A DNA stretch of 64,000 bases. Source: an uncultured Planctomycetota bacterium (lineage in GTDB: Bacteria > Planctomycetota > Planctomycetia > Isosphaerales > Isosphaeraceae). Below, one piece after another: positions 12,085 through 21,802 of this stretch. Positions within the stretch are counted from its first letter, which is position 1. Each line of letters begins with the position of its first letter. Both the position numbers and the translations under genes were made by a program. The DNA is taken from NCBI GenBank assembly GCA_963737655.1, contig CAVTTN010000002.1, positions 2,528,001 through 2,592,000 on the forward strand, in the 5' to 3' direction. A model generated the notes under the pieces. That model saw nothing but the letters and a program-made list of their open reading frames with translations, was not told the origin of the DNA and did no database searches.

Positions 12085-12115
12085 TCCCGGGACGGCCCCT
12101 TGCGGAACCCCACCG

Positions 12116-12484
12116 ATGAGAGACATCTACGACCCGCCCCCGGCCGCCCTGTCCATGCCCCCGCCGGCCCACGAGCCGTTGCGAATCCGCCGGGGGGACG
12201 TGGCGTGGCTCGCGGCGATCGCCGCGGTGGTCACGTTCGCGGCGGTCTGGATCTCGGCCGTCGAGCCGACGATCTGGCCGTGGGTCGCCGGGGGAGGGCT
12301 CGTCGTGGTCCTGGAGAGCTGGTTCTCCGCGCTGACGTACCTCCGCCGCCACTCGGGCGAATCGTCGCGGCCCGGCCGTCGAGGGATGATCTTCCTGGCC
12401 GCCCTGGTGCCCTGGATCCTGGAGCTGGGCTTCGCCGCCGCCCTGATCCTCGCCCTGTTCCTGGCGTCGGACCGGGCCCGCTAA
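12116..12484 (+). CDS. Small membrane protein (about 3 TM)
   Basis: Hydrophobic helices; GC-rich codon usage; co-oriented in the cluster. Confidence 0.6.
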   Translation: MRDIYDPPPAALSMPPPAHEPLRIRRGDVAWLAAIAAVVTFAAVWISAVEPTIWPWVAGGGLVVVLESWFSALTYLRRHSGESSRPGRRGMIFLAALVPWILELGFAAALILALFLASDRAR

Positions 12485-12543
12485 GTGCGAGCGGCCTCGA
12501 GCGCCGCCCGATCGCCGGCCCCCTCCCCTACCCCGAGACAGTC

Positions 12544-13143
12544 ATGACGCTCTCGAAATCGATCGATTACCTCACCCGCCCGCTCTTCCTCTCGCGACTG
12601 ATTGCGTACAAGATCCACCTGCGCCTGCATCCCGAGGAGCCCTGGATCGCCCCCAGCGCCGTGAAGTTCTGCGACGAGGCCCTGAACCGCGACGGCCAGG
12701 GCCTGGAGTGGGGCAGCGGCCGGAGCACCACCTGGTTCGCCCGCCGGCTCCGGTCGCTCCTGAGCATCGAATACGACCAGGGCTGGCAGGCCCGCGTCTC
12801 GGCGACCCTCCGCGAGCAGGGGCTGACCTCGGCCGAATGCCGATACGTCCCCCTGGACCACCCCCGCTCGGCGCCGACCCCGGCCGTCTACCCCGAGACC
12901 CCGGCCTACGTCCGGGTCGCCGAGGAGTTCGCCGACGACTCGCTCGACCTCGTCGTCGTCGATGGCCACTACCGGACGGCCTGCATCCTCGCCGCGATCC
13001 CCAAGATCAAGCCCGGCGGCCTCCTCGTCGTGGACAACACCGACCGGATGCCCCTGCCCGAATGGGGCGTCCCCGCCGACTGGCCCGTCGCCCATCAGGG
13101 GCGCAACGTGGTGACCGAGACGACGGTCTGGCGGAAGCCCTGA
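12544..13143 (+). CDS. Class I SAM-dependent methyltransferase
   Basis: LEWGSGRST, DLVVVDG, KPGGLLVVDN. Confidence 0.8.
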   Translation: MTLSKSIDYLTRPLFLSRLIAYKIHLRLHPEEPWIAPSAVKFCDEALNRDGQGLEWGSGRSTTWFARRLRSLLSIEYDQGWQARVSATLREQGLTSAECRYVPLDHPRSAPTPAVYPETPAYVRVAEEFADDSLDLVVVDGHYRTACILAAIPKIKPGGLLVVDNTDRMPLPEWGVPADWPVAHQGRNVVTETTVWRKP

Positions 13144-13183
13144 GACCGCGCCGATCCCAGACCGACCTCACCCCGAGGCCCCC

Positions 13184-14077
13184 ATGCCCACCGCCGCCGC
13201 CGCCCCATTGCTCGACCCCGAGTTCCTCCACAAGCTGGAGCAGCTCGAACTCGTCAGCCGCAAGATCTTCGTCGGCCGGATGAAGGGCGAGCGCAAGAGC
13301 AAGCGCCGGGGGTCGTCCGTCGAGTTCGCCGACCACCGCAACTACACCACCGGCGACGACCTCCGCCACATCGACTGGAACGTCTACGGGCGGCTGGACA
13401 AGCTCTTCCTCAAGCTCTTCCTCGAAGAAGAAGACCTGCACTTCTACACGCTCCTGGACACCAGCCTGTCGATGGATTTCGGCGAGCCGACGAAGCTCCA
13501 CTACGGCAAGCAGGTGGCGGCGGCGCTGTCGTTCATCGGCCTGGTCAACCACGACCGGGTGATGATGGACACCTTCAGCACGGCCCTGGATCGCGGGATG
13601 CCCAGCGTCCGGGGCCGGTCGCAGATGTGGCGGGTGGTGGGCTATCTCGACGCGTTGCAGGCCTCCGGCCAGTCGAACCTCACGGCGGCGGCCAAGGGGT
13701 TCGCGATCAAGCACTCGGGCAAGGGGATCGTCGTCGTCGTCTCGGACTTCCTGGACAAGAGGGGCTACCAGGAAGCCCTCCGCTACCTCCTGGCCCGCAA
13801 CCTGGACATCTACGTCGTCCACGTCCTGAGCCGGGAGGAGGTCGAGCCCGAGCTCGCCGGGGACCTGAAGCTCGTGGACTCCGAAGACGGCGACATCGCC
13901 GAGATCACCGTCAGCGCCCCGCTGTTGAAGCGGTACAAGGACAACCTCAACGCCTTCGTCGGCGGCCTGAAGCAGTGGTGCACTCAGCGTGGGATCACTT
14001 ATATTTTCACGACGAATCACAACCCGTTCGACAAGCTGATCCTCAACTACCTCCGAGAGCGCGGGCTGGTCAAATGA
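13184..14077 (+). CDS. DUF58 (vWA-like) protein
   Basis: GSSVEFADHRNYTTGDDLRHIDWNVY, LDTSLSM, VSDF. Confidence 0.92.
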   Translation: MPTAAAAPLLDPEFLHKLEQLELVSRKIFVGRMKGERKSKRRGSSVEFADHRNYTTGDDLRHIDWNVYGRLDKLFLKLFLEEEDLHFYTLLDTSLSMDFGEPTKLHYGKQVAAALSFIGLVNHDRVMMDTFSTALDRGMPSVRGRSQMWRVVGYLDALQASGQSNLTAAAKGFAIKHSGKGIVVVVSDFLDKRGYQEALRYLLARNLDIYVVHVLSREEVEPELAGDLKLVDSEDGDIAEITVSAPLLKRYKDNLNAFVGGLKQWCTQRGITYIFTTNHNPFDKLILNYLRERGLVK

Positions 14078-14220
14078 AGCTGGACCTGAGCCGATTCACG
14101 GTCACGAGCCCCGTGGTCTTCTTCGCCGCGGCGACGCTGGTGGTGGCGTACCTGGTGTACATGATCGTCCGCAAGAGACGGGGCGAGCGCCCCGGCTTCG
14201 ACCGCGAGCCCGAGATCTGA
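14074..14220 (+). CDS. 48-aa single-pass membrane microprotein
   Basis: ATGA overlap with the DUF58 stop; one TM followed by RKRR; fills the gap to the next gene. Confidence 0.65.
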   Translation: MKLDLSRFTVTSPVVFFAAATLVVAYLVYMIVRKRRGERPGFDREPEI

Positions 14221-14231
14221 GAAAGGCCCCC

Positions 14232-16352
14232 ATGCCGCCGACGATCGGACCCGTCCTCGCCCTGGGCCCCGAATTGACCCTGGCCAGCCCCCTCGGGGCG
14301 GCGGCCTGGGCCGTCCTCGCCGGAATCCCGGTCGGCATCGTCGCGCTGTACTTCCTCAAGCTCCGCCGGAGGCCCGTGCAGGTCGCCAGCACCCTGCTCT
14401 GGAGGCGGAGCCTGGAGGACCTCCACGTCAACAGCCTGTTCCAGAGGCTGAGGAAGAACCTCCTGCTGTTCCTCCAGCTCCTGGCGGTGTTCCTGGCGAT
14501 GTTCGCGCTGTCGGGCCTGAAGTTCAAGGGGTTGACCACCGCCGGCAGGCGGCTGGTCGTGGCCATCGACGAATCGGCGAGCATGGGGGCGACCGACGTG
14601 AGGCCCTCCCGCCTGGGGGACGCCAAGGCCCAGGCCCTGAAGCTGATCGACGGGATGAGCGGCGAGGACCTCGCCATGATCGTCGCCTTCTCCGACCGCG
14701 CCCGGGTCGTCTCCAACTATTCGAGCAACCGCGACCTCCTCCGCCGGAGGGTCCAGGAGATCGTCCCGACCGAGAGCACGACGAACCTCCGCGAGGCGCT
14801 CCAGGTCGTCGCCGGCCTGGCCAATCCCTCCTCCGACCGGGCCGCCCGCGAGGGCGTGGTGGCCACCGAGGCGATGGTCCCGCCCCACCTGACGATCTTC
14901 ACCGACGGCGGCTTCCCCGACGTCGAGGGCTTCTCCATCGGCACCATCGAGCCCGAGATCGTCATCGTCGGCCCCGCCCCGCCCCGCCCGGACGTGCCCC
15001 TCAAGCCGGGCCAGAAGCCGCCGCCGGCCCCCTCCGACAACGTCGCGATCCTCGCGCTCTCCTCGGCCCGCAACGAGGAGAAGCCCGACCAGTTCCAGGT
15101 CTTCGGCCGGGTGAAGAACTACCGGGCCGAGGCCGTGAAGACCGAGGCCCGCCTGATCCGCCACGACCCCAAGACCCCCGGCGACGCCGGCGCCCTGGTC
15201 GATGCCGTCGCCCTGTCGATCGACGGCCAGTCCGAGCAGTCCTTCAGCTTCAACCTCCAGGAAAACGGCCTGGACGAGCTGGAGGTCCGCATCGACCTGA
15301 AGGACTCGCTCGACCTGGACAATCGCGCCTTCACCGTCTTCGGCAACCCGAGGAAGGCGCAGGTCCTCCTGGTGGTCGGCCAGGACCGCTACCTGACCGA
15401 CACCCTGATGACCCCTGCGGCCGCCGAGATGGCCGACGTCGTCCGGCGGACGCCCGAGGAGGCGAAGGCGCCCGAGAGCCTCCGGGAGATCGGATCGGGC
15501 CGTTACGACCTGATCATCTACGACGGCGTGAGGCCCGACGCCCCTCCCGAGGCCAACGCCCTGTACTTCGGCGTCCTGCCGCCCGGCCCGGCCTATGAGA
15601 AGTCCAAGGCCCTGGCCGAACCCGTCATCATGGACTGGGACGTGTCGCACCCCTTGATGCAGTACATCCGCGACCTCGGCACGGTGGCGATCCGCAAGGC
15701 CGTCACGTGCGAGCCGCCCCCGGGATCGACGGTCCTGATCGAGGGGGACGGCGGCCCCCTGGCCTTCATCGCCCCTCGCAACGGCTTCGCCGACGCCGTG
15801 GTGGCCTTCGGCCTGATCGACGGCGCGGAATTCAACACCAACTGGCCCGTCCGCATCAGCTTCCCCCTGTTCCTCTACAACGCCCTCCGCTACCTGGGCA
15901 ACGCCCGGGACGTCGCCGGAGGGGGAGACGCCCACCTGCCCAACATGCCGGTGGTCCTCCGGGCCGACTCCACGGCCGAATTCCTCGACGTCTCCGGGCC
16001 CGACGGCAAGCTCCTCGATCGGATCAAGCGGACCCCCCAGGGCGCCTTCCTGTTCAACAAGGCCAAGTCCACGGGGATCTACCACGTGAAGTGGGGCAAG
16101 GACTCCGGCTCCAGCTTCAGCGTGAACCTCTTCGACGCGAGGGAGAGCGACCTCTCGACCCGGGGGCTGGCCCCCGAGGGCTCGACCGCCGAGGAGGTCG
16201 AGGCCGCGAAGATCAAGATCGGCTTCACCCCGGTCGCCGGCACCCGAGCCACCTCCACCGGCCTCCGCGACCTGTGGATCTACGTCGCCGCCGCCATGCT
16301 CGGCGTCGTCTTGCTGGAGTGGTATATCTACAACCGACGGGTCTACGTCTGA
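14232..16352 (+). CDS. BatA-domain / vWA membrane protein
   Basis: LYFLKLRRR..VASTLLW BatA N-terminus, DESASM MIDAS, FTDGG, C-terminal TM..EWY. Confidence 0.88.
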   Translation: MPPTIGPVLALGPELTLASPLGAAAWAVLAGIPVGIVALYFLKLRRRPVQVASTLLWRRSLEDLHVNSLFQRLRKNLLLFLQLLAVFLAMFALSGLKFKGLTTAGRRLVVAIDESASMGATDVRPSRLGDAKAQALKLIDGMSGEDLAMIVAFSDRARVVSNYSSNRDLLRRRVQEIVPTESTTNLREALQVVAGLANPSSDRAAREGVVATEAMVPPHLTIFTDGGFPDVEGFSIGTIEPEIVIVGPAPPRPDVPLKPGQKPPPAPSDNVAILALSSARNEEKPDQFQVFGRVKNYRAEAVKTEARLIRHDPKTPGDAGALVDAVALSIDGQSEQSFSFNLQENGLDELEVRIDLKDSLDLDNRAFTVFGNPRKAQVLLVVGQDRYLTDTLMTPAAAEMADVVRRTPEEAKAPESLREIGSGRYDLIIYDGVRPDAPPEANALYFGVLPPGPAYEKSKALAEPVIMDWDVSHPLMQYIRDLGTVAIRKAVTCEPPPGSTVLIEGDGGPLAFIAPRNGFADAVVAFGLIDGAEFNTNWPVRISFPLFLYNALRYLGNARDVAGGGDAHLPNMPVVLRADSTAEFLDVSGPDGKLLDRIKRTPQGAFLFNKAKSTGIYHVKWGKDSGSSFSVNLFDARESDLSTRGLAPEGSTAEEVEAAKIKIGFTPVAGTRATSTGLRDLWIYVAAAMLGVVLLEWYIYNRRVYV

Positions 16353-16366
16353 GCCGGTCGGGATGG

Positions 16367-16883
16367 GGGAGATGGCGGGCATCCGAACCATGGCGTCGGA
16401 TTGCTCTGCAGGAAACCCCGGTGATGGAGAGGAATCCAGTAGGTCCGACTTCAGTCGGGCCTAAAAGAATCCCTTGGCTCATGAGTCCGGATTGGTGGTC
16501 ACGTCGGATTTCCCTCGTTCCCACGCGCGTTCGTGTTTAACGGCTGAGAAGGCGGTATTTGTAGGGTCCGCGATTGCGGACCTCTTCGATTTCCCTTCGT
16601 CGCGAAGAGGTCCGCAATCGCGGACCCTACAAAAACCGCGATTCGAGGCGCTAAACACGTACCCACGCGCCGCGTGGGAACGAGTCGTTGAGCAAGCACC
16701 AACGCGGGATCATGAGCCAATCCCTTTTTTCGTAGGCCCGACTGAAGTCGGACCTACTGGATTCCTTTCCATCACCGGGGTTTTCTACAAAGCAGTGTCG
16801 GATCATGTTTTCCGTAGCGTAACATGATCCGACACTTTTTTCGGATGCCCGCCATTTCCCTCGGTGCATCCCATGCACCCTAC
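16367..16883. repeat. Multi-layer nested inverted-repeat complex of REP/REPIN elements
   Basis: IR pairs at about 16367/16860, 16402/16794, 16474/16720, 16514/16684, 16532/16659 and 16561/16630, plus a hairpin at 16795-16835 and a REP at 16863-16883. Confidence 0.88.
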
Positions 16884-19800
16884 TTCCGCGAGATCAGGTA
16901 CGCGACGAGGTCCAGGAAGTCCTTCTCGGCGATCTTGTCGGCGAAGTCGGCCGGCATGGGGGAGATTGGCGAGACCTTCTTCTGCTCGACGTCCGCCCTG
17001 GCGATCCGCTGCTCCTTGCCCTGCGAGTCGGCCAGGACGAGGACGTCTCCGTCCTCCCGGAGCAGGAGGCCGGAGAGGGTCCGGCCGTCGGTCAGGGCGA
17101 GCGTGGTCATTCGGAACGCCTGGTCGATGTTGCGGTTCGGGTCGAGGACGTCCTCCATCAGCCGATCCGGCCCCCGGACGCCGATCCCGTCGAGCTGAGG
17201 GCCGACCTTCGCCCCTTGCCCCCCGATCTGATGGCACGCGGCGCAATTCTTGGTGAAGACCTCGGCGCCTCGGGCTGGATCGCTCGGCGTCGCGGCGAAC
17301 GAGGCCCGCCGCCTGTCGATCAGCTCGGCGATCTTCGCGTCGGCCGGCACCAGGCCGGCCGTCAGGGCCTCGACCTTCTTGTTCACGTCGGGGACGCCCG
17401 ATTGATCGAGGAACACGCGGACGGACCGTTCCTGGAGGAGCCGGGCCGACGCCTTGCCCTCGCCCACGGCCTTCAATAACGCCTCGGCCCCGGGCCGTCC
17501 GGCGGCCAGGGCCGCCGCGATCCCCGTTTGCAGGCGCCCGGGCACGAGCGGGAGGGCCTCGACGAGCTTCGCCCGGCCCGAGTCCTGGTTGGTCTTGGCC
17601 AGGGCCGCCGCGCCCGCCTCGCGGACGCCCATCGGCGCGGAGGGATCGACGAGGATCGGCCCGAGGACGTCGGCGGTGCCCCTCGGATCAATGGCCGAAA
17701 GCGCGTTCATGACGGCGATCCTCGACCCTTCGGCCGCCTTCGCCGATCTCGCGACCTCGACCAGCGCCTCGCGCCTCTCGTTCAGGCCCATCGAGCCGAC
17801 GAGCTCGGCCCCGAGCCCGACTCCGCCCGGATCGGCCCCGCTCAAGAGCTTCGCGGTGACCTCCCCGGCCCACTCGCGGGCCGGTCCCGAGAGGCCCGCC
17901 CCCCGGTCCTGCAAGCCCTGGTGGACGGCCTTGAGCAGCGCCGCCTGCAAGCCGAGGTCCGCCGGATCCTTCTGCCGGGCGAACGCCACGACCTCGGGCA
18001 CGAGCGACAATTCGACTCGCCGGGCCGCGTGGAGGAGGTGCTCGATCAGCGGGTCTCGCCCCTCGGGATACTTGCCGACGAACTCCAGGACGAATCGCCC
18101 GGAGTCGGCGCCCGGATCGCCCAGCGCGACGTCGGCCAGGTCGCGGAAATCGGCCTCGGAATAGGCGGGATCGCCGATCCCCGGCCACTTCGCGGCCGAG
18201 AGGAACTGATCGCGGAGCGCCATCCGAACCGCATGGACGAGCTGGGCGTCCTCGGCCGGGGCCGCATGGCGGGCATCGAGCAGCACCCGGACGTTCGCGG
18301 CCGACCGATGGCGTCCCAGGGCCTGGGTTGCCGCTCGGCGGACGAACGCATCGTCATCCTTGAGACGATCGCGGACGAGACCGGCGAATTCCTCCGAAAT
18401 CCTCGGCTTTTCCGCGATGATCCGCATCGAATGGATCCGGACCGTTCGATCCTCGGCCTTGGTCGCGTCCTTCAAGGCCGAGTCGTCCAGGGCGCCGAGG
18501 CGTTCCAGGGCCCAGAGGGCATGGACCCGGCTCGGGGCCACGGCTCCCGGGACGACGAGCCCTTTGAGACGGTCGATCGCGTGGGAACCCCCTCGGGCGA
18601 CGAGTTGGTTCGTCGCCAGGGTGCGGACGGTGAGGTTGGGGGAACCCAGCGCGGCGATCAGTTGCGGAATCGTGGCCTCGGCGAAGTTCGGCAGGGGAGG
18701 AATGGGCGCCTTGCCGTCCTCCCCCGTGTAGACGATCCGCCAGATCCGCCCTCGTTCGCGGTCCCGGCCGGGATGGGTCAGCGGGACCTCATAATGGCCG
18801 ATGATCTTGTTGTAGAAGTCGGCCACATACAGGGCCCCGTCGGGCCCGAGCTTCAGGTCGACCGGGCGGAACCAGCGGTCGTCGCTCGACAGGAAGTCGG
18901 GCGTGAGGTTGCCCCGGGGGGTCGAGCCGTGCCAGGTCACCGTGTCGTGGTTGATCCTGTTGGTCACGACGTTGCCGATGAAGATCGTCCCCCGCCACTC
19001 CTTCGGGAACAGGTCGGCCTGGTAGTCGACGACCCCGGAGATCGCCGTCGATCCGTGGAGGTGCGAGACCATCTCCGGGCCGAACCCCAGCCCGTCGCTC
19101 AGCTTGCCGAAGCTGGGATAATAGGCCCCTTTCAAGAGCATGTAAACCGGCTTGCTGTGGCAATCGGCCGAATAGAGGTTCCCCAGCGGGTCGAAGCAGA
19201 GGCCGAACGGGTTGACCTGGCCGTGGGTGAACTGCTCGGCGTGGGAGCCGTCGGGGCGGAAGCGATAGGTATTGCCCGACTGCATGGCGACGACCTGATT
19301 GTCCTTCCCGCGCACTTCGGACGAGTTGTTGAACCCGTGGCAGGCGTAGAGCCAGCCGTCGAAGCCCCAGGTGAAGGCGTTGGTCATCCCGTGGGTGTCC
19401 CGGGAGCCGAACGTCGCGTAGGCGACCTCGCGAGAGTCCGCCTTGCCGTCGCCGTCGCGATCGACGAAGCGATCGACGCTGGGGATCGAGTGGACGAGGG
19501 CCTCTCGGCCTCCGGGCAGGGGCATCAGGCCGATCGGGATGTTCAGGCCGTCGGCGAACGTGGTGATCTTGCGGGCCTTGCCGTCGGGGCCGAAGTCTTC
19601 GAGGACCTTCACGGCGTCCCGGGGCTTCGTGCCCTCCTTCGCGGGGAACGGGTACTCGATGGTCTCGGTGACCCAGAGCCGCCCCCGGTCGTCGAAGGCA
19701 ATGTTCATGGGTTTGTGGATGTCCGGGTCGCTGGCGACGAGCTGGACCTCGAACCCGGGAGGGACGTGGAACCCGGCCTTCTCGGAGGCGGGGTCGCGGG

Positions 19801-19900
19801 GCCCGGTCGGCGCCACGAGGTCGGCCGGTTCCTGGGCGACTCCGAAGGACGAAGTCAGGGACACCACGGCGGCGAGGGCGAGGGAGAGGGGGAGTCGCAT
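16880..19900 (-). CDS. PVC-type heme-binding CxxCH protein (putative membrane-bound dehydrogenase propeller + HEAT repeats + cytochrome c)
   Basis: Signal peptide, FHVPPGFEVQLVASDP, FRPVDLKLGPDGALYVADFY, HEAT-like repeats, CAACH...GPQL, SPMP. Confidence 0.92.
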   Translation of the reverse strand: MRLPLSLALAAVVSLTSSFGVAQEPADLVAPTGPRDPASEKAGFHVPPGFEVQLVASDPDIHKPMNIAFDDRGRLWVTETIEYPFPAKEGTKPRDAVKVLEDFGPDGKARKITTFADGLNIPIGLMPLPGGREALVHSIPSVDRFVDRDGDGKADSREVAYATFGSRDTHGMTNAFTWGFDGWLYACHGFNNSSEVRGKDNQVVAMQSGNTYRFRPDGSHAEQFTHGQVNPFGLCFDPLGNLYSADCHSKPVYMLLKGAYYPSFGKLSDGLGFGPEMVSHLHGSTAISGVVDYQADLFPKEWRGTIFIGNVVTNRINHDTVTWHGSTPRGNLTPDFLSSDDRWFRPVDLKLGPDGALYVADFYNKIIGHYEVPLTHPGRDRERGRIWRIVYTGEDGKAPIPPLPNFAEATIPQLIAALGSPNLTVRTLATNQLVARGGSHAIDRLKGLVVPGAVAPSRVHALWALERLGALDDSALKDATKAEDRTVRIHSMRIIAEKPRISEEFAGLVRDRLKDDDAFVRRAATQALGRHRSAANVRVLLDARHAAPAEDAQLVHAVRMALRDQFLSAAKWPGIGDPAYSEADFRDLADVALGDPGADSGRFVLEFVGKYPEGRDPLIEHLLHAARRVELSLVPEVVAFARQKDPADLGLQAALLKAVHQGLQDRGAGLSGPAREWAGEVTAKLLSGADPGGVGLGAELVGSMGLNERREALVEVARSAKAAEGSRIAVMNALSAIDPRGTADVLGPILVDPSAPMGVREAGAAALAKTNQDSGRAKLVEALPLVPGRLQTGIAAALAAGRPGAEALLKAVGEGKASARLLQERSVRVFLDQSGVPDVNKKVEALTAGLVPADAKIAELIDRRRASFAATPSDPARGAEVFTKNCAACHQIGGQGAKVGPQLDGIGVRGPDRLMEDVLDPNRNIDQAFRMTTLALTDGRTLSGLLLREDGDVLVLADSQGKEQRIARADVEQKKVSPISPMPADFADKIAEKDFLDLVAYLISRK

Positions 19901-20101
19901 CGATCCTCCGCGAAGGCGGCATGAGGGCGTTACGTCGGCGGGCGGGGCGACCGGCGAGGGATTCCCCTCAAGATAAAGGTTCGGCGACGGCGGTTCCACC
20001 CCGGAGGGTTGTCGGGAAGCCGGACCGGGGCTAAAACAGGTCGAGAGGCCGTCCGGCCCGAGAGTCCCTTTCGCCCCCCCGATTCGCCGGGACCGACGAC
20101 C

Positions 20102-21374
20102 ATGCATCCGCCCACGACCGAGCCGGCCGATCGGCTGAATCCCGGACTTGCCTCGCGGTTCGAGGGGGTCCGAAGGATGACCGTCTCGCTCTGCGAGACG
20201 CTCGAACCGGAGGATTTCGTCGTCCAGTCGATGCCCGACGCCAGCCCGGCCAAGTGGCACCTGGCCCATACCACCTGGTTTTTCGAGACGTTCGTGCTGG
20301 CCCGGGGAATCCCCGGATATCGCCACGCGCTACCCGATGCGAATTACCTGTTCAACTCCTATTACAACGCCGTCGGCGAGAGGATCGCCCGGGACCGTCG
20401 GGGGATGCTCACCCGGCCGACGATCGCCGAGGTCTTTCGCTATCGGAGGGCCGTGGACGACCGGATGGGGGAATTCCTCGCCGGCCGGGCGTCGGGATCG
20501 TTCGCGGAGGTGGTCGAGCCTCGGCCTGAACCACGAGCAGCAGCACCAGGAATTGCTCCTGACCGACCTGAAGCACGCCCTCGGCCTGAACCCGCTCCAC
20601 CCGACGTTCCGCCCCTTGGCCGAGGCCCCGACGAGGGCGGTCGGCGGCCCGTCCTGGATCGGCGCCGGGGAGGGCGTCCGCGAGATCGGCCACGCCGGGG
20701 AGGGCTTCGCGTTCGACAACGAGGGGCCTCGCCACCGCGTGTTCGTCGAGGAGCACGAGATCCTCTCGCATCCCGTGACCAACGGCGAATACCTCGCCTT
20801 CCTCGACGACGGCGGTTACGACCGGCCCGAATTCTGGCTGTCCGACGGCTGGGCGGCGAGGACGGCCGGGGGCTGGAAGGCGCCTCTGTACTGGAAGGGG
20901 GGCGACGGCCATCACTCGACGTTCACCCTCGGCGGGATGAAGCCGGTGGACGAGTCCGAGCCGGTCGTCCACGTGAGCTTCTACGAGGCCGACGCCTTCG
21001 CTCGATGGGCCGGGGCGAGGCTGCCGACCGAGGCCGAATGGGAGCTCGCCGCCCGGGACGTGCCGATCGAGGGGAACTTCCTCGAATCGGGCCGCTTGCA
21101 CCCGTCGGCCCCGTCCTCGGCCCCGGCGGGGCGTCCGTCGGGCCTGTTCGGCGACGTCTGGGAATGGACCGCCAGCCCGTATGTCGCCTATCCGCGCTAC
21201 CGACCGGCCTCGGGCGCCCTGGGCGAATACAACGGGAAGTTCATGTGCAACCAGATGGTCCTGAGGGGCGGCTCCTGCGCGACCCCGGCCAGCCACGTCC
21301 GGCCGACGTACCGCAACTTCTTCCCCCCCGGGGCCCGCTGGCAGTTCTCGGGGATTCGCCTGGCGAGATCGTAG
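20102..21374 (+). CDS. egtB: Ergothioneine biosynthesis sulfoxide synthase; apparent frameshift near 20519
   Basis: QSMPDASPAKWHLAHTTWFFE; HEQQHQE iron motif in the shifted frame; FGE-sulfatase domain; GEYNGKFM, RWQFSGIRLA. Confidence 0.92.
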
Positions 21375-21547
21375 GGCGGGCCGGGATCGGATCGCGCCAT
21401 CACGCACGATGAGGTGCTCGTCCTCACGGAATCGGAGCTCGGCCCCGAAGGCCCAACCTGGGGCGTCTGGGGCGGGAGGCCGGGCCTTCTCTGGGGTTTT
21501 TTTCCGACGTTCCGGGCGGGAAAACGGGGGCAAACTCGGATCGATTC

Positions 21548-21575
21548 TTGCTTTTCGTCCGGACATGCTTACTCT
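21548..21575 (+). promoter_or_regulatory. Putative sigma70 promoter for the surface protease gene
   Basis: TTGCTT-N16-TACTCT about 230 bp upstream of the ATG. Confidence 0.35.
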
Positions 21576-21802
21576 CGGCGGAGCGGAAGTCCGTGGATCT
21601 TTCGATTCCGTCGGGCCCGGGCGAGACCTCGTCGGTGCAGGGCCCATCTCGTCGAAGAGACTCCGGGGCGGCAGGCCCCGGCATTCGCCGGAAATGAATC
21701 GGCGGATCGCGCCACGAGTCGATCGCGGCGGCCTGGGGAAGGGTTTCCCCGGGGCACGCCGACGTCGAACGGTTTGCCCGGATACCCGAGACGGAGGAGA
21801 CG

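Noticed and set aside
16225..16878. Small ORFs in the REP regions (also 87-503 and 41646-41912)
   Set aside because: Translations of palindromic repeats; identical peptides recur wherever the repeat does.
21520..21620. c-di-GMP-I riboswitch suggested by GGGCAAAC
   Set aside because: Lacks the following GAAA-loop stem and the GACGCAAAGC segment.
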